From Kineococcus radiotolerans SRS30216 = ATCC BAA-149 (lineage in GTDB: Bacteria > Actinomycetota > Actinomycetes > Actinomycetales > Kineococcaceae), in contig NC_009664.2 of assembly GCF_000017305.1 (NCBI RefSeq), positions 30,001 to 62,000 on the forward strand: a DNA stretch of 32,000 bases, read 5' to 3'. The notes under the pieces are model-generated. The model did not search any database. It was not told where the DNA came from and saw only the letters and a list, made by a program, of their open reading frames with translations. Position numbers and translations under genes: made by a program. Position 1 is the stretch's first letter, and every line of letters begins with the position of its first letter. This document shows, piece by piece, positions 1-6,371 of the stretch.

Positions 1-258
1 CCGCGCCTGCGCAATCGCGGCCGCGGAGCGGTCGATCGCCAACACGAAGCCCGTCTCCAACCTCTGAGCCACCGCACGCGACGCAGCACCCGGTCCGCAC
101 CCCACCTCCAGCACGCGGGACGCAGGAGTCAACGGCAGCGCGTCCACGACCGCCGCCAACCGGGAGGACAACCTCGCCGTCACACCAAAAAGCGTAGGCA
201 CGACTGCAGTCGACGTCACCGGTGCAGGCCCACCCACGAGCGACGACTTCACGGTCAT
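1..258 (-). CDS. Class I SAM-dependent methyltransferase, N-terminal part only (gene continues beyond the left edge)
   Basis: Reverse-strand translation reads ...LPLTPASRVLEVGCGPGAASRAVAQRLETGFVLAIDRSAAAIAQAR, which contains Rossmann motif I (VLEVGCGPG). In-frame starts are ATG at 258 (MTVKSSLVGG...) or GTG at 183. It is absent from the ORF track because it runs off the window. Confidence 0.6.
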   Translation of the reverse strand, partial: MTVKSSLVGGPAPVTSTAVVPTLFGVTARLSSRLAAVVDALPLTPASRVLEVGCGPGAASRAVAQRLETGFVLAIDRSAAAIAQAR

Positions 259-266
259 CCCGCGAT
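245..266 (+). repeat. Interspersed 22-bp repeat, copy 1 (gacttcacggtcatcccgcgat)
   Basis: Read directly. Matches the consensus GACTTCACGGTCATCCCGCGAT. Its reverse-strand ATG (258) is in frame with the methyltransferase. Confidence 0.8.
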
Positions 267-310
267 GAGGGACTGTTACCCGCCCCAAAGCCGCCCCAAG
301 GGGGGTGCGC

Positions 311-357
311 GACCGCGCGGTCATCCCGCGGTGTGCGCGCTATCGCCGGCGGCAGAC
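311..357 (+). repeat. Interspersed repeat, copy 2 (core gaccgcgcggtcatcccgcggt plus B-type tail gtgtgcgcgctatcgccggcggcagac)
   Basis: Read directly. The core GGTCATCCCGCG is identical to the other copies. The tail matches 21/27 positions of the copy 9 tail. Confidence 0.75.
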
Positions 358-425
358 GACCTCACTCATCTGCCGATGACCATGCGATCACCAAAGACCG
401 ATTCGTCGTGGGAGGAGGCAGCTCC

Positions 426-444
426 GCGGCGTCCTCGACGCCGC
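426..444 (-). terminator. GC hairpin gcggcgtc-ctc-gacgccgc, candidate terminator downstream of the DUF1330 gene
   Basis: Perfect 8-bp stem with a 3-nt loop, about 160 nt past the stop at 602. On the minus strand a weak T-containing tract follows. Confidence 0.3.
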
Positions 445-520
445 GGGGCCGGCTCATCGCACCTTCTTGCGAACCGGCCGTACCCGCACCGCAGCTTCCA
501 TCACCTTTGCCGCGATGGAT

Positions 521-570
521 GAACGGGCGACGACGAACGGGCGACGACGAACGGGCGACGACGAACGGGC
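521..570. repeat. Tandem repeat, 14-bp unit gaacgggcgacgac x3 plus a partial 4th
   Basis: Read directly: units at 521-534, 535-548 and 549-562, partial unit at 563-570. Non-coding, just 3' of the minus-strand DUF1330 gene. Confidence 0.9.
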
Positions 571-601
571 ATTGGCGAGCGCGGCCCCCGCGTGATGGAG
601 G

Positions 602-934
602 TCAGGCCGCCGGGGCGGTCCCGGGCAGGAAGATCAGCCGGCGACGCATGGCGGTAGCCGCGATCTCGCGAGCCGGGGCGTACTCCGCGGAGTCGTACCA
701 GGCCTGCAGGGTTTCCATGTCCGGCCACTGGACGACCGCGGCCACGATCCCCGCCTCGCCCTCGGCGGCCGTGGGTGAGGCGCCGAGGACGACGAAGCGG
801 CCGCCGAACTTCTCCACCGTGGCCGGGGTCAGCTCGGCGTAGCGCTGGGCGCCGGCGGGGTCGAGGACCTGGAGGACCTCGGTGATGCTGTATGCGGGGG
901 TGCGGGTGGTGTTGGGGGCGGTGGTCTCGGACAC
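602..934 (-). CDS. DUF1330 domain protein
   Basis: C-terminal ~97 aa (AYSITEVLQVLDPAGAQRYAELTPATVEKFGGRFVVLG...WPDMETLQAWYDSAEYAPAREI) fits the DUF1330 pattern. GTG at 934 is preceded by AAGGAG with a 7-nt spacer. The track ORF extends to 1021, but that part is low-complexity. Confidence 0.75.
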   Translation of the reverse strand: MSETTAPNTTRTPAYSITEVLQVLDPAGAQRYAELTPATVEKFGGRFVVLGASPTAAEGEAGIVAAVVQWPDMETLQAWYDSAEYAPAREIAATAMRRRLIFLPGTAPAA

Positions 935-1054
935 GGGAGTTCTCCTTCGGGTGGCTTGCTCGGGTGTGGTGGTCGGGCGTGGTGGTTCAGGTGGGTTCTT
1001 CAGGTCCTGCGTCGGGTTCAAGGCCCGGGTGGGTGTTGCTGGTCCCGCTGTGTC

Positions 1055-1084
1055 CTGCTGGGTTCTGCTGGGTTCTGCTGGGTG
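1055..1084. repeat. Tandem repeat, 10-bp unit ctgctgggtt x3
   Basis: Read directly. It abuts the stop codon (1085-1087) of the minus-strand SDR gene. Confidence 0.85.
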
Positions 1085-1861
1085 TCAGATGCCGGGTAGT
1101 TCGCCGCCGTCGACGGTGAGGGTCACCCCGGTGACCCACTGGGCGCGGTCGGAGGCGAGGTAGGCCACCGCCTCGGCGATGTCGCGGGGGTCTCCCGGGC
1201 GTCCCAGCGGCACCCCGGCGGTGGTGTCGGCCAGGGAAACGCCCGTCGCGTCGGCGATGTCCTGGCGGATGGCGTCGGCGCCGGGGGTGAGGACGTTGCC
1301 GGGCACGATCGTGGCCACCCGGATGCCGGCGGGGGCGAGCTCGGTGGCCAGGGCCTTGCCGTAAGCGTTGAGCGCGGCCTTCGCTGCGGCGTAGTGGGCC
1401 AGTGGTGCTGGGGCGGTCAGGGCCGCGCCGGAGGAGATGTTGATGATGGCGCCGCCCTGCCCGGCTTCACGCAGCGCCGGGAGGAGGGCGGCGGTGACCC
1501 GGACAGCGGAGAGGTAGTTCAGGTTCAAGGCGTCGAGCCACTCCTCGTCGGGAATGGTGGCGATGCCGCCGAGGTGGGTGCGGGCGGCGCCGGCGTTGTT
1601 GACGACGATGTCGACGCCGCCCAGGGCGTCGAGGGCTGCGGTGGTGAAGGCCTGCACGCCGGTGGGGGTGCTGAGGTCACCGGCGATGAAGGTCGCGTCC
1701 CGGGGGGTGTCGTCGGTGGCGCTGCGGGCGGTGGTGACGACGCGGGCGCCGGCGTCGAGGAAGCGCTGGGTGATGGCCGCGCCGATCCCGCGCGAGCCTC
1801 CGGTGACGATGACGCGCTTGCCGGTGAATTCGGTGGGAGCAGGGGTGACGGTTCTGAACAT
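1085..1861 (-). CDS. SDR family oxidoreductase
   Basis: MFRTVTP...GKRVIVTGGSRGIG (TGxxxGxG), NNAG, YAAAK catalytic motif. ATG at 1861. The track ORF continues upstream to 2572, but that part is a shadow of the TetR gene. Confidence 0.9.
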   Translation of the reverse strand: MFRTVTPAPTEFTGKRVIVTGGSRGIGAAITQRFLDAGARVVTTARSATDDTPRDATFIAGDLSTPTGVQAFTTAALDALGGVDIVVNNAGAARTHLGGIATIPDEEWLDALNLNYLSAVRVTAALLPALREAGQGGAIINISSGAALTAPAPLAHYAAAKAALNAYGKALATELAPAGIRVATIVPGNVLTPGADAIRQDIADATGVSLADTTAGVPLGRPGDPRDIAEAVAYLASDRAQWVTGVTLTVDGGELPGI

Positions 1862-1863
1862 GC

Positions 1864-1911
1864 GGTCCACAATGGCACGTTCTGGACCGCTCGTCCAGAT
1901 GTTCTGGACCG
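1864..1911. promoter_or_regulatory. Candidate TetR operator cluster in the SDR/TetR divergent intergenic region
   Basis: Half-sites TCTGGAC(1881-1887)-cgctc-GTCCAGA(1893-1899)-tgt-TCTGGAC(1903-1909). The 11-bp direct repeat gttctggaccg occurs at 1879-1889 and 1901-1911. A further GGTCCA half-site lies at 1864-1869. Confidence 0.6.
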
Positions 1912-1939
1912 GAAGTTCAGATCGGCGTAGGATCGGGGA

Positions 1940-2548
1940 ATGGCCCGACCCCGCACCTTCGACGAGCACGACGTCGTCACCACCGCCCGCCGGCGGTTCA
2001 CCGAGACCGGCTACCACGGCACGTCCGTGGGGGACCTCTCGGCCGCCACGGGCCTGAGCAAGGGCAGCCTCTACGGCGCCTTCGGCGACAAGGAGGCCCT
2101 GTTCCGCCGGGTCTTCGAGGAGTACTGCGCAGCCGCCGACCAGAGCGCCGCCGCCCGGGTCGAAGGCCCCGAGGACGAAGCGCTGGACCGCTTGCGCGAC
2201 TGGCTGCACTCCCCCGACGACGTCGTGGGAGGAGACAACGGTTCCCGCCACCCGGGTTGCCTGCTGGCCAAGGGCACCGCGGAACTGGCCTGGACCGACG
2301 AGGCCGTCGCCGCCCGCTCCCGCGCGACGTTCCAAGTGCTGTTCGACAGTTGCCGCCAGCTCATCGAGCAGGCCCAGCGCGCCGGGCACGTCAACCCCAC
2401 CGCCGATCCCGCCGTGCTCGGTCAGCTCGTCGTCGCCACCCACCGTGGGCTCGAAGCCCTCACCGAAGCAGGCGTCGACGCGGGGACCCTCAACCGCATC
2501 GCTGACGCCGCCATCGACAACCTCACCCCCGGCTCCCGCCGTCGCTGA
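1940..2548 (+). CDS. TetR/AcrR family transcriptional regulator
   Basis: N-terminal HTH TSVGDLSAATGLSKGSLYGAFGDKEALF. Divergent from the SDR gene. Confidence 0.9.
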   Translation: MARPRTFDEHDVVTTARRRFTETGYHGTSVGDLSAATGLSKGSLYGAFGDKEALFRRVFEEYCAAADQSAAARVEGPEDEALDRLRDWLHSPDDVVGGDNGSRHPGCLLAKGTAELAWTDEAVAARSRATFQVLFDSCRQLIEQAQRAGHVNPTADPAVLGQLVVATHRGLEALTEAGVDAGTLNRIADAAIDNLTPGSRRR

Positions 2549-2601
2549 GCGACCACCCCACGGAGGCAGCACCCCCGCCGCTCGAGCACCTACAGGTCGC
2601 C

Positions 2602-2650
2602 GACCTTCCGGTCATCCTGGTCATCCCGCGATACGGGCGGGCAGCGGGCG
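2602..2650 (+). repeat. Interspersed repeat, copy 3 (core with internal 9-bp duplication GGTCATCCT/GGTCATCCC, A-type tail atacgggcgggcag)
   Basis: Read directly. It lies between the convergent 3' ends of the TetR and hydrolase genes. Confidence 0.75.
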
Positions 2651-2658
2651 TGGGGCAA

Positions 2659-3471
2659 CTAGCTACCAGGAGGCACGGAGCCGGTGTCGAGGTAGCTGCG
2701 CAGCAGCTGAGTCCACGCCTGCGGCTGATCGAGGTGGACGTCGTGACCGGCGTCGGGCACGACGACGTGGCCGGTGCCCGGCCGCAGCTCGAGCATCCGC
2801 TCAACTTCCGCAGCGTCCAGGTAGCTGCGCTCCGCTTGCACCAGCAGCGTCGGTGCCTGCACCTGCTGCCACTCCGCCCAGCGTGGGGTCTCGGCCACCG
2901 CCGCGATGGCGGCCTGCATCACGTCAGCGTCGAACCGGGGCCAGAACCCGTCCTCGCGTTCTTCCAGATCCTGCGCCCACCCCACGGCAGTCGCTGTTCC
3001 CCCGAGGTGCTCGACCGCTGCCTGCCGGGAGGGGAACGGCACCGGCCAAGCGGCGAACCAGCTCCCCAGCTGCGCCGAGGTTTCTTCCGCCCCGCCACCG
3101 ACCCCGCCCTCCAGCAGCACCAGGCGCTGCACCAGGTGCGGGTGCCAGGCGGCGAGCAGCAGCGCGGTGTGCGCCCCCATCGACTGCCCCACCACCGAGA
3201 CGGGCGCACCACCGGCCGCGGAGGTGATGAGGGCAGCGACGTCCTCGACGTAGGCGCGGCGCGAGACGTCACCCGGGCGGCGGGTGCTGTGCCCGTGGCC
3301 GCGCTGGTCCAGCGCGAGCACCCGGTAGCTGTCGTCGAGTGCGGCCGCGGTGGCGGCCAGCTCCTGCGCGCTGCCGGCCAGGCCGTGCAGCAGCACCACC
3401 ACCGGTCCGCAACCGCCGGAGTCCAGGTAGGACAGGGTCACGTCCTCGCGGCGGATCTGCAGGCGGCGCAC
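2659..3471 (-). CDS. Alpha/beta fold hydrolase
   Basis: VVVLLHGLAGS oxyanion region and the GQSMG nucleophile elbow. Preferred start is GTG 3471 (GGAG 7 nt upstream). The longest ORF starts at GTG 3546. Confidence 0.85.
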   Translation of the reverse strand: MRRLQIRREDVTLSYLDSGGCGPVVVLLHGLAGSAQELAATAAALDDSYRVLALDQRGHGHSTRRPGDVSRRAYVEDVAALITSAAGGAPVSVVGQSMGAHTALLLAAWHPHLVQRLVLLEGGVGGGAEETSAQLGSWFAAWPVPFPSRQAAVEHLGGTATAVGWAQDLEEREDGFWPRFDADVMQAAIAAVAETPRWAEWQQVQAPTLLVQAERSYLDAAEVERMLELRPGTGHVVVPDAGHDVHLDQPQAWTQLLRSYLDTGSVPPGS

Positions 3472-3548
3472 GGGCAAGCTCCGATCGATAGAGGTCTGGA
3501 CGTGGCCGACCGTGGACCAGCACCAGCCGCCCACCGCACGATGCACGC

Positions 3549-3570
3549 GACTTCACGACCATCCTGCGCT
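3549..3570 (+). repeat. Interspersed repeat, copy 4 (degenerate: gacttcacgaccatcctgcgct)
   Basis: Read directly. 18/22 match to the consensus. Lies just upstream of the hydrolase gene. Confidence 0.6.
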
Positions 3571-3621
3571 CCAGACGTTCGTGAGCAGCCGGGGACGTCC
3601 TCCCCCTCACGGTGAGCGCGT

Positions 3622-4218
3622 TCACGGCCGGGGCAGACCGCACCAGCCGGAGAGGCCGATGACGTCGGCAGCCACCTCGACGACGCTGCGCCGATCGGTG
3701 CCGACGCAGTGGGTATCCGCAGGTGCCCGCTCCTCGAGCAGGGCGGCTGTGCTCCGGCTGCGCTCGAGGTGGGCCCGCAGCCCGGAGCCGACCTCACGGA
3801 CACCGAGGCGGGTGCGGATCGTCTCATCGGTGGCGGTGAGCAGGACCGCGGTGACCTCCGCCCGGCCGCCTACGGCGCGGACGATGAGGTCGGGTTCGAG
3901 GACGCTGACGGTGTTGACGTAGATGAGCCGATGGTGGCCGAGAGCGGCGTAGTTGCCCCACAACGCGGCGAGGTTGGCTCCGGTGAGCCGAGTGCCGGCC
4001 GGGTCGTCGTCGGCTTTGGGGTAGGCGGCGTCGAGGTTGTCCCCTTCGACGTGGCAGTGCGCGACTCCTAGGGTCTGCAGCTGGGCGGAGACCTCGTGGG
4101 CGACGCTGGTCTTGCCCACACCCGCCCGGCCACCGATGAGCAGCACCTGCACGGCCTTGCCGTTCGCATCCGCCACGACGCACAGTCGGCCACGGACTGC
4201 GGGTGCTGTCCACCACAT
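3622..4218 (-). CDS. P-loop NTPase / kinase-like ATP-binding protein
   Basis: Walker A GGRAGVGKT. About 200 aa with small-molecule-kinase-like size. I do not recognise a specific family. The start is uncertain (ATG 4218 or an internal GTG). Confidence 0.7.
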   Translation of the reverse strand: MWWTAPAVRGRLCVVADANGKAVQVLLIGGRAGVGKTSVAHEVSAQLQTLGVAHCHVEGDNLDAAYPKADDDPAGTRLTGANLAALWGNYAALGHHRLIYVNTVSVLEPDLIVRAVGGRAEVTAVLLTATDETIRTRLGVREVGSGLRAHLERSRSTAALLEERAPADTHCVGTDRRSVVEVAADVIGLSGWCGLPRP

Positions 4219-4229
4219 TCTGCAGCGAA

Positions 4230-4251
4230 GACTTCACGGTCATCCCGCCGT
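4230..4251 (+). repeat. Interspersed repeat, copy 5 (gacttcacggtcatcccgccgt)
   Basis: Read directly, 12-33 nt upstream of the P-loop gene ATG. It shares extra bases with copy 1 (reverse strand ATGACCGTGAAGTCnTCGCT). Confidence 0.8.
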
Positions 4252-4282
4252 CCACGACGTCGCGGCACGGTCGACGACGGTC

Positions 4283-4561
4283 TCAGACCAGCTCCGCAGA
4301 CTCACCGACCTCTCCTCGGCACTCACCTACGGTGTCGAAGAACCGGTCCAGGTAGACCGTCGGCGGCAGGTCGCTCGTCCGCATCAGGCTGAACACCTCA
4401 GCCCCGTCCCCCGGCTCGTCGGGCAGCGCGTACGCCTGGGTCAGCCCCAGGTGCTCGGTCACCCGCTCCGGCGGCCAGGTCGTCTCGCTCGTGCAGGTCT
4501 GCGCCTCCGCTTCGGCCTTCTCGATGGCCTGGTCCATGTCGGTGTCCCACCAGAGCGTCAC
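4283..4561 (-). CDS. Acidic hypothetical protein, DUF4288-like; 5' end probably disrupted
   Basis: ...VYEERVTLWWDTDMDQAIEKAEAEAQ...GDGAEVFSLMRTS resembles my recollection of DUF4288. The frame stays open upstream to 4690 (WVAVRCIFRSQAEDSGEVVYEER) with no ATG/GTG/TTG before GTG 4561. Confidence 0.5.
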   Translation of the reverse strand: MTLWWDTDMDQAIEKAEAEAQTCTSETTWPPERVTEHLGLTQAYALPDEPGDGAEVFSLMRTSDLPPTVYLDRFFDTVGECRGEVGESAELV

Positions 4562-4680
4562 GCGTTCCTCGTAGACGACCTCACCGGAGTCCTCGGCCTG
4601 GCTGCGAAAGATGCAGCGGACAGCGACCCACCCAGAGCTCCCGTGCCGGCAGCGTCTCAGGGAGACCGCCTGACTCCCGC

Positions 4681-4702
4681 GACTCCACGGTCATCCCGCG
4701 GT
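4681..4702 (+). repeat. Interspersed repeat, copy 6 (gactccacggtcatcccgcggt)
   Basis: Read directly. Forms a tandem pair with copy 7. Confidence 0.8.
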
Positions 4703-4707
4703 GCGCG

Positions 4708-4728
4708 GACACACGGTCATCCCGCGAG
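4708..4728 (+). repeat. Interspersed repeat, copy 7 (gacacacggtcatcccgcgag)
   Basis: Read directly, starting 6 nt after copy 6. Confidence 0.75.
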
Positions 4729-4820
4729 GTTCACGCGTCCTCGGGCCCTCGGATGCTCCAGCGAGGTGACCTCCGCCCATCGGTCCCCAGGTTGCCGTCT
4801 GCTGCCTGCACACTGCAGGC

Positions 4821-5177
4821 ATGGTGCTGGACCACAGCGGCTACCCCCTGCGCCCCGGGGAGCCGGAGTACACCGACGACGACCGCTTCTGGGACGGCAC
4901 CCGCCTGCACCACCTCGTCCACGACGACATCGCCAAGCGCCAGGGCGTACTGCTGTCCACCGCCGACGTCGTCGTGCTCGACTCGATGGGCTGCTGCCCC
5001 GGCACCGGTCACTGCGGCTCGAAGGTCATCGCTAGCGAGAAGGTACGTCGTCGACTGGCCGCAGCCGGCTTCGTCCGCTTCGAGGAGTCTGAGGGCACCC
5101 TGCAGCACTGGGAAGCTGACGACGGCACCACCCTGGCCCTGCTCGTCGGTGAGGTCACCCGCCCCTTCCTGGGCTGA
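4821..5177 (+). CDS. Hypothetical protein (118 aa)
   Basis: ATG start, very high third-position GC (about 88% by eye) and a balanced composition (DDDRFWDGTRLHHLVHDDIAKRQG...). The overlapping frames look like shadows. No family recognised. Confidence 0.6.
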   Translation: MVLDHSGYPLRPGEPEYTDDDRFWDGTRLHHLVHDDIAKRQGVLLSTADVVVLDSMGCCPGTGHCGSKVIASEKVRRRLAAAGFVRFEESEGTLQHWEADDGTTLALLVGEVTRPFLG

Positions 5178-5238
5178 CAGCCCCTCGCCAAAGGGCCCCT
5201 CCTGGCGGTGCACCCACGGCACGGCGCCCAGAGCCAGC

Positions 5239-5274
5239 GACGTCGTGATCATCCCGCGATCCGGGCGAGCAGAC
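5239..5274 (+). repeat. Interspersed repeat, copy 8 (gacgtcgtgatcatcccgcgat plus A-type tail ccgggcgagcag)
   Basis: Read directly. The tail matches the copy 3 tail at 12/14 positions. Confidence 0.7.
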
Positions 5275-5411
5275 CTGACGCTGACGCCACGATCCACAGG
5301 GCGAGCCCTCCAACGAACGCCCGGCGGGCGGACTGCGGGGCCGACGGCGAGCCGCATGGCTGCCTAGCGCCTGCGCGCGCGCAGACCCAGCGCAACCGGC
5401 ACGCTGTCAGG

Positions 5412-5648
5412 ATGACCGAGCACCCCCAGCCGCCGGCCCCTCTCGCCGACCGCTTCACCGCCTTGAGCGGCAACCTCGACCAGCTGCTCGCCGCTGCGGA
5501 GAGCTCCAGCGACGAAGCCACCGCCGGCCTCGCCGGGGGTCTGCACGCTGCGGCCCTGGAGGACTTGCGCGCCATCGCCACCGCCTGCGGCCTGGACTGG
5601 GAGGAGGTCCTCGCCGAGCGGGACCGCCGCTCCGTCGTCGCCGAATAG
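5412..5648 (+). CDS. Hypothetical small protein (78 aa)
   Basis: ATG at 5412, GC3 about 90%, TAG stop. The C-terminal LEDLRAIATACGLDWEEVLAERDRR is faintly reminiscent of MazG-like all-alpha NTP-PPase ends. That similarity is weak and from memory only. Confidence 0.5.
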   Translation: MTEHPQPPAPLADRFTALSGNLDQLLAAAESSSDEATAGLAGGLHAAALEDLRAIATACGLDWEEVLAERDRRSVVAE

Positions 5649-6065
5649 CCACGGCGTCGGGTGCTCCTCCGGGGCGCTTGACCAGACGATTCCCCTGACG
5701 ACGTCGACGTCGAGGGCGGCGTAGACGTCGAGGGCGCCCTCTTCGCCACGCCGCACCCGACGCCGATCTGCGCTGCGTGAGGCAGAGCGGCACCGCACCG
5801 GACGTCGACGCCAGTCCTCGACGCCAGTCCCCAATGGCCCGCCTTCGGCGCAGTCCGCCTCGGCTGGCGCTGCACCGTCAGCACCCGCAGCAGTCCCGGG
5901 GAGGTGGGCGAGCTCGTGGGTGTTTCCCAGCGGTGCCGAGCACGACGACCGGTGGGACGGCCTCGACTGGGAGGTTCACCCCACGACGACGCCGGGTGCT
6001 ACTGCGGGGGCTGCCGCGGCGGCGTGAGCAGCGAGTGCTGCAGTCAGGACCGGTGCGGATCCAAC

Positions 6066-6112
6066 AACTCCACGGTCATCCCGCGTTGTGTGCGCTGTGG
6101 CCGGCGTCTGAC
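6066..6112 (+). repeat. Interspersed repeat, copy 9 (aactccacggtcatcccgcgtt plus B-type tail gtgtgcgctgtggccggcgtctgac)
   Basis: Read directly. About 33/39 identity to copy 2 from the core through the tail. Confidence 0.75.
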
Positions 6113-6371
6113 ACCTACCCAGCTCTGCGACTGGCACCGACGTCCTGACGCATCGACTGTCACCGGTCTCCTGGCGCAGAACCGTCACCGATGTCCTGAG
6201 ACAGGACAGCACGAGTCGCCTGTGCTTGCCTGGCACCCCCTCAGACGATGGCCGGTGGGACAGGCGCACCTCGGCTCACCCACCGACCGAGATGGTCTGA
6301 CTGACTGCTCCAGCGATGACCACACGGATTCGGGGGTGCCAGCACTCCGTACCCGTGCAGCTGCGCCCGGC

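Noticed and set aside
222-1163. Several overlapping plus-strand ORFs (222..842, 265..522, 882..1163, 892..1119)
   Set aside because: They are Arg/Pro/Ser-rich, run through intergenic repeats or antisense to the DUF1330 gene, and have no RBS.
245-6112. Calling the repeat array an integron, parS cluster, DnaA-box cluster or CRISPR
   Set aside because: There is no attC-like imperfect palindrome and no integrase in view. Only a half parS (TTCACG) is present, with no dyad, and the resemblance to the TTGTCCACA DnaA box is poor. Spacers are 0.4-2.3 kb and contain genes, so it is not a CRISPR. The cassette idea is kept only as a hypothesis.
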